Origin: Euryarchaeota archaeon UBA182
Lineage (GTDB): Archaea; Thermoplasmatota; Poseidoniia; Poseidoniales; Thalassarchaeaceae
NCBI GenBank assembly: GCA_002495675.1
Contig: DAGH01000002.1
Span: 24,259-88,258, forward strand
Direction of reading: 5' to 3'
DNA length: 64,000 nt
Position numbers and translations under genes: made by a program. Shown here in pieces: positions 1-7,836 of the stretch. How positions within the stretch are numbered: position 1 is the first letter of the stretch; each line of letters begins with the position of its first letter. The notes below the pieces were generated by a model. It worked only from the letters and a program-made list of their open reading frames with translations, was not told the origin of the DNA and did no database searches.

Positions 1-528
1 GCCAGTCACCGCTGGGTTGAACGACCCACCCGAAATACTTCCAACGCTCAACGCCCCTGCAAGCACCACAAGAGCGATTGCAGCTCCATAGTATCCATTA
101 CCAGATGTTGCATCACTGGTGGCCACATTTAGAATAACGAAAACAAGTGCGAATGTAAACAGCAATTCTGAGAAGAACGCAGGCGTCATATCAACAACCA
201 GTTCAGCTGAAGACGCATCGGTGACCAGCAACCCCTCAGATACGACCGATCCAACCACACCAGCTATCATTTGAACCATAACATAGGGAAGCACAATCTC
301 TCTCTGACACGCACCGCGCAACCACACTGCAAGGGTGACTGCAGGATTGAAATGGGCACCAGAAACATATCCAGTTGCATATATCATCACCATCAAGACA
401 GAAGCAATGGCGAATGGTGCGTATTCCCCGGCAAGGCCGTGAACAGCCGCGGTACAGATAGTCAGTGAAAGAAAGAAAGTACCGATGAACTCCGCGGTTA
501 GTCTTGCCTTAAGGCCATATTCAGTCAT
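1..528 (-). CDS. MIP-family aquaporin/glycerol facilitator; C-terminus cut by the window edge
   Basis: My own minus-strand translation from the ATG (reverse complement of 526-528) reads MTEYGLKARLTAEFIGTFFLSLT...YVSGAHFNPAVTLAVWL...SISGGSFNPAVTG. Both NPA boxes of the MIP fold are present. It is absent from the ORF track because it runs off the edge. Its ATG overlaps the glutaredoxin stop (ATGACTGA). Confidence 0.85.
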   Translation of the reverse strand, partial: MTEYGLKARLTAEFIGTFFLSLTICTAAVHGLAGEYAPFAIASVLMVMIYATGYVSGAHFNPAVTLAVWLRGACQREIVLPYVMVQMIAGVVGSVVSEGLLVTDASSAELVVDMTPAFFSELLFTFALVFVILNVATSDATSGNGYYGAAIALVVLAGALSVGSISGGSFNPAVTG

Positions 529-853
529 TACCCGACGCATTTGCTGCAAGTGTTTGAAGTTCTCCATTCTGGAATAACTCAAGAGCAATATCTGAACCAC
601 CAATCAATTTTCCACCAATGAATAACTGAGGCATCGTAGGAAATCCAGACCAATCTCTGAGAGCGTTCCTCGCTCTTGGATCAGACAGAACGTTGACGGA
701 TGCGAATGGAACCCCGAGTTGTGAAACTACCGAGGCTGCCCTGTTGCTAAACCCGCATTGTGGAGCATCAGGGGTACCCTTCATGAAAAGAACAATACTG
801 TTTTCGTCAACTATCTTTTGCAATTCATCAGGCGTCCAATTAAATTCTGTCAT
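521..853 (-). CDS. grxD: Monothiol (Grx4/GrxD-type) glutaredoxin
   Basis: CGFS active site in GTPDAPQCGFSNRA. A WSGFPTMPQLFIGGKLIGGSD glutathione-binding region follows. Size is 110 aa. Confidence 0.9.
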   Translation of the reverse strand: MTEFNWTPDELQKIVDENSIVLFMKGTPDAPQCGFSNRAASVVSQLGVPFASVNVLSDPRARNALRDWSGFPTMPQLFIGGKLIGGSDIALELFQNGELQTLAANASGND

Positions 854-855
854 GT

Positions 856-1233
856 TTACTTCTCCTTAGGTCTGCGAATGTGAATGCCCATGAATTGTTT
901 CTCCCCTTCGCCATGAGGGTCGAATACAGTGTTGCCCGCGACTCTTGCTTGTTCTTCTGTCATACACTTAAGATCCAGTGCGTGGACGACTCCGGATTTG
1001 ATGTGGGGCATGAAGAAGTCAAGAATGGGTCTTTGTCTTTCAAGTGGGAGCATGCCATCAAACGAATCCGAGATCACTCGCACGTGAAAATGATCACCCG
1101 TGCCGTGTAGGTCACTGACTTCTACAGTCGCACCCGGAACCAATTTTTTGATCTCTGACCCCACCCAGTCTGCGCCTGCCATGGCTGTAATGATGGGCCA
1201 ACAGATTTGAAGCCTATCAATGAAGTGTATCAT
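856..1233 (-). CDS. bolA: BolA-family protein
   Basis: HGTGDHFHVRVISDSFDGMLPLERQRPI...VHALDLKCMT matches the BolA signature (HF.v.ivs..F.g....RhR, hAL). There is a 4-nt ATGA overlap with the rpe stop. An alternative internal start lies at 1182. Confidence 0.8.
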   Translation of the reverse strand: MIHFIDRLQICWPIITAMAGADWVGSEIKKLVPGATVEVSDLHGTGDHFHVRVISDSFDGMLPLERQRPILDFFMPHIKSGVVHALDLKCMTEEQARVAGNTVFDPHGEGEKQFMGIHIRRPKEK

Positions 1234-1904
1234 AATGATGAGAGAATTTTCTTATGGTTCTCTGATATTGACCCTTTGTCGTTGATCAATCCACTCCCAA
1301 CGACGGCGACATCCACTCCCCATGATGAGACAATTTTTGCATTATGTGCCTTAATTCCCCCATCAATCATCAGCATCGTCCTCTTGCCGCCATTAGAAAC
1401 CTGAGAATCAATCCTGGACCTGAATTCTCGAACCTTCCCCTCAACTTCCGGCATGAAAGATTGCCCCCCTTTGCCCGGCACAACAGACATAACCAAAACT
1501 AAGTCAAGATCCTCTAGATAGGGGATTATTTCATTTTCGTCCGTATCGGGATTCAATACGAATCCAACAGCTTTTCCAGCCTCCTTGATTTCATCGATTA
1601 TCTTTCTTGGTTTTCTCACCGCCTCTATGTGGGCGATGATGAGGTCAGCTCCAGCATCAGCGTATTGCATCCAAGTTTCCTCGGCGTTGGTTATCATCAA
1701 GTGACAATCGATGAATACATCCTCACCAACTCTATCCCTAATCGAACGAACAACAGCCGGACCGAATGTAATTGTCTTGTTCGTGACCCAATTACCATCC
1801 ATTACATCGAGGTGAATCCACTTAATTCCGGCTTCTATGGCATCGTCTAAGACACGTCCTAACTCCGTGAAATCTGCAGTGAGAATAGAGGGTGCAATGT
1901 CCAT
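1230..1904 (-). CDS. rpe: Ribulose-phosphate 3-epimerase
   Basis: MDIAPSILTADF...IHLDVMDGNWV...FGP...DCHLM...VMSVVPGKGGQSF...DGGI are typical Rpe TIM-barrel motifs. Confidence 0.9.
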   Translation of the reverse strand: MDIAPSILTADFTELGRVLDDAIEAGIKWIHLDVMDGNWVTNKTITFGPAVVRSIRDRVGEDVFIDCHLMITNAEETWMQYADAGADLIIAHIEAVRKPRKIIDEIKEAGKAVGFVLNPDTDENEIIPYLEDLDLVLVMSVVPGKGGQSFMPEVEGKVREFRSRIDSQVSNGGKRTMLMIDGGIKAHNAKIVSSWGVDVAVVGSGLINDKGSISENHKKILSSL

Positions 1905-2007
1905 GTCTGAAATAGCCTAAAGTTGACTTAGTTGTCAATTCTTCTATGGTAGGAAGCCAGATTTTCATTAATATGGAGTTCAGCAAGGATTCATACATGA
2001 CCGTATC

Positions 2008-2337
2008 TTGACATACGCCATGGGACAAGTTGTTGAGACAACAGATTCAAATTTCCAGACCGTCATCGGGGAATCTGAATGGGTATTAGTCGATTTTTGG
2101 GCCCCATGGTGTGGTCCTTGTAAGATGATTTCCCCTGTATTGAGCTCAATTGCAGAAGAACGAGAGATAACCATAGCAAAGGTCAACACCGATGTAAACC
2201 CTGTCACTCCGGGGCAATATGGTGTGAGAGGAATACCCTATCTTGTGTTATTCCACAATGGGAAGCCAGTTGACCAGCACACTGGCGCAGCACCAAAGCC
2301 ATTCTTCGACGAATGGCTAAATCGTCACATGGCCTAA
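2008..2337 (+). CDS. trxA: Thioredoxin
   Basis: VDFWAPWCGPCKMISP active site. GIRGIPYLVLF motif. Size is 109 aa. Confidence 0.95.
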   Translation: MTYAMGQVVETTDSNFQTVIGESEWVLVDFWAPWCGPCKMISPVLSSIAEEREITIAKVNTDVNPVTPGQYGVRGIPYLVLFHNGKPVDQHTGAAPKPFFDEWLNRHMA

Positions 2338-2351
2338 GTAATCTATGCTAG

Positions 2352-3851
2352 TCAAATCACTTCCTGGTCTTCTACATACATTTTCAACCGATTTCTGAGA
2401 GCCTCGTGCAACCACATTCCACCTCTGATTTCGATCATAAGACCCCTAGAGATCAGATTTTTCGGAGGCCCACCGGTAACCCCCGCCAACTTCGCCAGCT
2501 CAACCCATGGAACAGGCCTCCTCTGTTTAGCAAGGACCAGTAACAAGGATTTTTCTTCCGCAGGAAGGACTTCTACGATCTCTGAGTCCAAGAACTTGAC
2601 CCAATCAGGATGTTCTATCTCACCATACATTTCCAACAATTCGATGGCTAACGGATGACCACCTGTCCTTTCATGAAGTACTTCAGAAGACATTTTCTCG
2701 ACTATGTCCATATCTTGAATCCACTCGCTCAATTCATCCTCTGTAAGTCCACTTAATGCAATCTCAGTCACTCTTCCACGAGTCACTACATCCCTCCTGT
2801 CGTAAAAGTCAGGGGACCTTCTCGATATGCCAATTATCTTGGAATCGCAAGCCTCTGCAACCTGTGTCAATACTCCAATGAGACGAACTCCATTTTCATC
2901 CAAATTGTGAATATCATCAAGGATTAGTAGTATTTTTTTCTTGTACCCGAATTTATTATCTTCGTCCAACAGAGTCGCAGTCAATCTTCGTCTGAGTAAA
3001 TCCTGATCCATATTATTCCCTGGCGATGGAAGGGTGGAGATCAGGTCATATGGATCCTCGATATTACGTCCACTATCACTCAACACCCTGTGAATTATAC
3101 TAGTCGCCAATCCTGTCGCAGTATCCCATGACTGGCATGGATAATACATGGTCAAGACCCCTTCAAAACCCCCTTTTTTTGTTTGAAACCAGTCAGAAAT
3201 TAGGGTAGTTTTACCACAGCCAGCAATCCCAGTTATCATGCAAAGGCATTTATTCTCTGTGTACCATGAATTTAATCGTCTTCTTTCTTCCTTTCGTCCG
3301 TGAATTTTCCGGCTTTTTGGAGGATCTGTGTGATAGGTTGCATGGGCACCTGCCATCATATTAATCGATCCAGGGGGTCTACTTTTGCTTTGAATAGGTC
3401 CGAACCGAATATCGCCGTAGTTGAGAGCCCCCTCATGTTGAGCATGCATCAAAATAGATAGTAGATTTAGCTCAGCGTTTAGCCTGTCAGATGCTTCGTT
3501 AGCCGGAATTTCAAGAATTCTTCCCCGTTTGTCCCTCAATAGCACCATTGTTTCACCTAATCTCGATTTGATTGCACTTGCCATTTCTACTCCGAGAGGT
3601 GTGAGATGCCAGACCCTTTGCCTCCTCATTTCTCCCCTTACCTGGCGTGTACTTTGCGCCACAATCCCCGTCGACACTAAGTCTCTGATGCTCCTTGAAA
3701 CATTTGGAGGATGAACAGCGCATGCCGTGGCAATACCACGGCGAGTAATCTCGATATTCACAGTGTGCATGTCGACTGTAGAGTGGTGATCCAATAGGTG
3801 TAGCAGAATTCTATCGGCGACCGCCACGTTGACCTTGGACCCGGTCGGCAT
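2352..3851 (-). CDS. STAND (NB-ARC/AP-ATPase-like) NTPase with an N-terminal winged-helix DNA-binding domain
   Basis: The N-terminus is MarR/ArsR-like (PPNVSRSIRDLVSTGIV...RVWHLTPLG). P-loop GIAGCGKTTL, Walker B ILLILDDIHN, IIGISRR and GGHPLAIELL resemble the NB-ARC GxGKTT / LVLDDVW / TTR / GLPLA series. No TPR or WD40 sensor repeats are present. Confidence 0.6.
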   Translation of the reverse strand: MPTGSKVNVAVADRILLHLLDHHSTVDMHTVNIEITRRGIATACAVHPPNVSRSIRDLVSTGIVAQSTRQVRGEMRRQRVWHLTPLGVEMASAIKSRLGETMVLLRDKRGRILEIPANEASDRLNAELNLLSILMHAQHEGALNYGDIRFGPIQSKSRPPGSINMMAGAHATYHTDPPKSRKIHGRKEERRRLNSWYTENKCLCMITGIAGCGKTTLISDWFQTKKGGFEGVLTMYYPCQSWDTATGLATSIIHRVLSDSGRNIEDPYDLISTLPSPGNNMDQDLLRRRLTATLLDEDNKFGYKKKILLILDDIHNLDENGVRLIGVLTQVAEACDSKIIGISRRSPDFYDRRDVVTRGRVTEIALSGLTEDELSEWIQDMDIVEKMSSEVLHERTGGHPLAIELLEMYGEIEHPDWVKFLDSEIVEVLPAEEKSLLLVLAKQRRPVPWVELAKLAGVTGGPPKNLISRGLMIEIRGGMWLHEALRNRLKMYVEDQEVI

Positions 3852-3937
3852 TAATTTTGACTAGACTGTGTTGGACATCAATGGTTCCCTTGGTTGGAAT
3901 TGCATAAATGGCGTTCGAACAATAATTCAATGGATTC

Positions 3938-4393
3938 ATGAACCCCATATATCTTCGGTTACTAGTTGATATTATGGGAGACCAGCCTGTTATAACGGCG
4001 TTAAACAAAGCGCTTGCATGGGAATTGAGAGCTATAGCAATGTACGCACACTATTCTGCATATGTATCTGGAATACACAGACCACATCTATCCGCCTACT
4101 TTTCTAACGAAGTTAATGAGTCTATTACTCATGCATCAACAGTTAGGTCGGCTATTGTAAAACTTGATGGGGAGGCAATTACAGAACGAGCCCCAGAGGA
4201 AATCATCCATACTCACGATTATTCAATAATGCTTGAGGAAGCCTACAAGACTGAGAAAATTGCTAGCGGAACATACCAGTCAATCTTGCCTATGATCGAA
4301 GAATTGGGTGATGATGAGTTGTATGACTCACTTGAGGTAATATACTTCGATGAGATGCGATCTGTAGAAGAATTGCGAATGATGTTGAAATGA
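3938..4393 (+). CDS. Ferritin-like / Dps-like four-helix-bundle protein
   Basis: LNKALAWELRAIAMYAHYS...NEVNESITHA...MLEEAYKTEKIA...DEMRSVEEL resembles a ferritin/Dps diiron helix pattern. The likely true start is the MGDQP codon at 3974. Confidence 0.65.
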   Translation: MNPIYLRLLVDIMGDQPVITALNKALAWELRAIAMYAHYSAYVSGIHRPHLSAYFSNEVNESITHASTVRSAIVKLDGEAITERAPEEIIHTHDYSIMLEEAYKTEKIASGTYQSILPMIEELGDDELYDSLEVIYFDEMRSVEELRMMLK

Positions 4394-4433
4394 TCTAATC
4401 AACCGATCATGAACTTCCTAGGCTATCGATTAT

Positions 4434-5957
4434 GTGCCTACACCTCTGCCAAAGAACATGCAGAACTACATAGATCTCCTCGAAGAATTGAGAGAAATCG
4501 ATTTAGCGAACCAAATAGGTAGTTTGTTGGGATGGGATCAAGAAGTCATCATGCCAAAAAATGGGGCCAGCAGTAGAGCAGAGCATCTTGCTTGGATATC
4601 AAAAACAGTTCATGAGAAAATTTGCAACCCAAGGATTGGGGAATTGATAACATCATTGGAAAATGAAGATCTTGATGAGATACAATCAGCTAATGTCAGA
4701 ATCTCAAAGAGGATGCATGAGAGAGCGACATGCTTGCCGACTGAGTTCGTGGAGGAATTCGCAAGACTCAGATCGAAAGCACACCATACGTGGGCGGAAG
4801 CAAGAGAAAAAGACGATATATCCATCTTTCGGGACGATCTCGCAAAAATCTTGGACATGACCAGGAGAAAGGCTGAATATTTCGGATACACGGATTCACC
4901 ATATGATGCTCTTCTAGACCAATATGAGACAGGTTTGACTGTGACAAGGCTTGACCCCCTGTTCCAGGGCCTTCGCAACAGCGTCTCGCCATTGGTTCGA
5001 TTGATTCTAGAAAGCGGAATTACTCCCTCTGATGATTGGGTCGACGGGGTTGACTGGCCGAAGGAATCTCAGGAAATGCTGAGTCAGAAAGTCTCAGAAG
5101 CCATTGGATTCGACTTCAATTCAGGCAGGAGAGACTCCTCAATACACCCCTTTTGCGGCGGTCCAAATCCACAAGACGTCAGGTGGACTACTCGATATGA
5201 TGAGTCGGAGCCATTCGGGTCTTTGTTCGGATCAATGCACGAAACCGGCCATGGGACGTACGAGCAAGGGCGGCCAAAGACTCTGGCCTATCAACCCGCA
5301 GGGAAAGCGTGTGGCTTGGGAGTCCACGAAAGCCAGTCTAGGTTGTGGGAAAACCAAATTGGCCGCTCGCTACCATTTTGCGAATGGGTCCTTCCCCTTT
5401 GGAAGGATTATTTCCCAGGGAGACTCGAGGATGTCACCCCAGAGGTGCTTTGGAGGAGTGTGAATAAAATCCAACCGAGCTATATCCGGACTGAGTCTGA
5501 TGAGGCCACCTACAATATCCACATAATGATTCGATATGAATTAGAGAAAATGATGATCGAGGGTGATGTAGAGGTGGATGAAATTCCAGATATGTGGGAT
5601 GACTACTATCAAAGGTACCTTGGGATCACACCACCAAACAGAAAATTGGGCGTCCTTCAAGACATTCATTGGTGCATGGGCGCAATAGGATATTTTCCTA
5701 CATACACGTTAGGAAACCTCTACGCAGCACAATTATTGGATAGTGCGAAGGAGGATATAGCCGACCACGACGAGAAAATTCGAAGTGGGAACTTTGCCCC
5801 ACTCTTGGCTTGGATGAGGGGGAAAATTCACGATAGAGGGAGCATTCTAGAACCGGCTGATCTGATTGAGGAAGCAACGGGTAGACCACCAAGTCCTGAA
5901 CCGTTCGTAAGCTATCTTTCCTCCAAGATTAGTAGACTCTATGGAATAAAGTCGTAA
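4434..5957 (+). CDS. Carboxypeptidase Taq (M32) metallopeptidase
   Basis: HETGHGTYEQG (HExxH), IHPF, HESQSRLWEN, DIHW and GYFPTYTLGN are M32 hallmarks. The start is either GTG at 4434 or ATG at 4458. Confidence 0.9.
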   Translation: MPTPLPKNMQNYIDLLEELREIDLANQIGSLLGWDQEVIMPKNGASSRAEHLAWISKTVHEKICNPRIGELITSLENEDLDEIQSANVRISKRMHERATCLPTEFVEEFARLRSKAHHTWAEAREKDDISIFRDDLAKILDMTRRKAEYFGYTDSPYDALLDQYETGLTVTRLDPLFQGLRNSVSPLVRLILESGITPSDDWVDGVDWPKESQEMLSQKVSEAIGFDFNSGRRDSSIHPFCGGPNPQDVRWTTRYDESEPFGSLFGSMHETGHGTYEQGRPKTLAYQPAGKACGLGVHESQSRLWENQIGRSLPFCEWVLPLWKDYFPGRLEDVTPEVLWRSVNKIQPSYIRTESDEATYNIHIMIRYELEKMMIEGDVEVDEIPDMWDDYYQRYLGITPPNRKLGVLQDIHWCMGAIGYFPTYTLGNLYAAQLLDSAKEDIADHDEKIRSGNFAPLLAWMRGKIHDRGSILEPADLIEEATGRPPSPEPFVSYLSSKISRLYGIKS

Positions 5958-5961
5958 GAAT

Positions 5962-7032
5962 GTGATGCAAATGGAAGGCCACCATCACATAAACGAAATA
6001 GCATCATTCGTAAGGCAATTACCGACACAAATAACATCAGTTAAGCATGATGAGAATGATTTAATTGCAGGAGACAAGGGTGGAATAGTATCAAAATGGT
6101 GTATATCTGATGGTAGAAGATCATGGTCGAGACAACTGGATCCTTCTGTCTCTGACATACATATTGTGAACAATCTAGTGATGGTTGCTAGTGGAAAATA
6201 TCTCTATTGTCTTACACTAGAGGAGGGCAGCACCCTATGGTCAGTAAGTTTTGATGGAGCGTGCGACCTACTGTCCCCCAACGAGAAAACAATCTGGGTG
6301 ACATCCTCAGTTTATGAAATTGAAATTGGTCATTATGTTGAATGCAAAGTACAAGAGTTAGACATACAAAAGGGAGTCTTGATTCAAAGCGTTGACTTAC
6401 CCTCAAAGGCGTGGTCCATAGAAAGCATAGGATCTGATTGCATATTGGGTTTAGGAAGGCCAAATCCAGGAGTGTATTTCATACGCAATCGTACTGGAAA
6501 ACTTGAGCCGATAACTGACGCACCAGATTTGCCAATTGTTGAATCAATCAGGTCCGTCAAGGAAAGCATTTCCTTTCTTACAGCATCAGGAACCGCTTTT
6601 GAGATTGATAGCCGAGGGCGTTTACAAAACATAGTGGATGAAGCAACTTGCGTTGGCTATCGACATGACGGGACATGGTTGTGTCAGTCCGCAAAAGGAA
6701 AAAATGGGTTGAATGTAAACGACGATGCTCCAACAATGCTGGTCGAAGCAAAATTCGTAGTCTGCTCAGAGACTATGACGGCGATCATGACTAAATCTGA
6801 TCCCACTAAGGGAATAATATACACTGATAATCTGAATTTAAGGTGGTTTCACAGCGGTGAAGTGACATCCTACAGCGGAAATGGTGACAGAATTTCCATA
6901 GGCTACTCTACCGGGGAAATAATTCTCCTAGAGTCAAGAGTTGTGGAAAATAGAGCTCAGGCCGAGGGTGTAAATGGAGAAGATAGGTCTGAAATCAGAG
7001 CAAGGTTAAGGATGTTAAGATTTGAGGATTAG
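5962..7032 (+). CDS. Beta-propeller (PQQ/WD40-like) repeat protein, function unknown
   Basis: Repeated G.l..l.l.dG...W-type blades (GGIVSKWCISDGRRSW, YCLTLEEGSTLWS). The C-terminus is a charged helix. No catalytic motif was recognised. Confidence 0.45.
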   Translation: MMQMEGHHHINEIASFVRQLPTQITSVKHDENDLIAGDKGGIVSKWCISDGRRSWSRQLDPSVSDIHIVNNLVMVASGKYLYCLTLEEGSTLWSVSFDGACDLLSPNEKTIWVTSSVYEIEIGHYVECKVQELDIQKGVLIQSVDLPSKAWSIESIGSDCILGLGRPNPGVYFIRNRTGKLEPITDAPDLPIVESIRSVKESISFLTASGTAFEIDSRGRLQNIVDEATCVGYRHDGTWLCQSAKGKNGLNVNDDAPTMLVEAKFVVCSETMTAIMTKSDPTKGIIYTDNLNLRWFHSGEVTSYSGNGDRISIGYSTGEIILLESRVVENRAQAEGVNGEDRSEIRARLRMLRFED

Positions 7033-7099
7033 CACTAGCATTCTTTAGTAGAAATAGAGGTGGATAGACCCCTATTTCCAGTGGACTGCTCCAATATTA

Positions 7100-7740
7100 C
7101 AGAAAGATTTATGGACTACCCCCTGCCCTGTTGCTCTTGCCGCTCCGATGGAGTGGTGTGGGAGGGCTTCGGCACCTCCCGCGGGCCACAACAACCGATC
7201 TAAATGATCGGAGCGGTAGAATCAGCAGTAAAACGCTGAGGATACGCCCTAACACATGTGGGTGATAGGGCAGTGGGAGAACCAAGAGTAAGCAAACCGG
7301 ACGCAAGGAAGGAAAGCTCATCATGGGGGACACTAGGGAAAACAAAACCGAACCTTTCGAGGGGAAAACACAAACCGAACTAGAAGACCATCCCACAGAG
7401 GTGCAGCGAACAAGGGGGAGGAGACAATCCTGGAAGCGTAGTGCGGGGAAAACCTGTGGTAAAAAACAGGAAGGAAACGCATCAGGAACAAGAGCGGAGA
7501 AATTCGTGGAGGACTGGCATCGGACGAAGAGGAAAATTGGGATACTACCAATGGACAAAAATCGTACGCGGAAACACCAAGGGAGACCATGGAGTAGTCG
7601 TCAAACGGTGAAGGCGGACAAGTAGCGCCGGAATCATCTACCCGGGAACACCCGGGCCCTCGGGCCCGGGTGAACCCCAACCGCGGAGTCAGCAGGGGGT
7701 CGCTCCCCCATAGGCAGCCCCCTGTTGCTCCCACCTGTCC
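7100..7740 (+). ncRNA. Candidate large structured RNA of unknown class (boundaries approximate)
   Basis: About 800 nt lack a credible ORF. The + strand is purine-rich with many GAAA motifs. Hairpins readable by eye: 7160-7180 (UUCG tetraloop), 7195-7211, 7453-7470, a 7544-7554/7587-7598 helix, 7651-7670 (8-bp GC stem, CUCG loop) and 7695-7709. Short matches to RNase P RNA segments exist, but the canonical GGAAAGUCC is absent. Confidence 0.4.
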
Positions 7741-7836
7741 ATTCGGACATTCAGTGGTCCTCTCCAACAGACTATCAATCATTTCCCTCAAATTCAGGGT
7801 AATCCATGTGTTTTCACGATGTTATACCAATGCGGT

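Noticed and set aside
7240-7320. A confident RNase P RNA call
   Set aside because: Two 9-mers match remembered M1 RNA segments. Matches of that length are expected by chance at roughly one per comparison of this size. The universal GGAAAGUCC P4 strand and a complementary 3' P4 strand could not be found. It is kept only as a hypothesis to test with Infernal.
7640-7740. SRP (7S) RNA helix-8-like element (GUCAGCAGGGGG...AUAGGCAGCC)
   Set aside because: The flanks superficially resemble the 4.5S/7S helix-8 sequence. The apical loop is UCGCU rather than a GNAR tetraloop, and the conserved GGAA/AGCA symmetric-loop pattern is not present.
7109-7791. Three track ORFs (7109-7558 minus, 7323-7625 plus, 7333-7791 minus) as protein-coding genes
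   Set aside because: They overlap one another on both strands. They encode low-complexity Pro/Ser/Leu- or Arg/Lys/Gly-rich strings unlike the acidic proteins elsewhere. They are the expected artefact of a strand-biased purine-rich sequence, so I treat the region as non-coding RNA instead.
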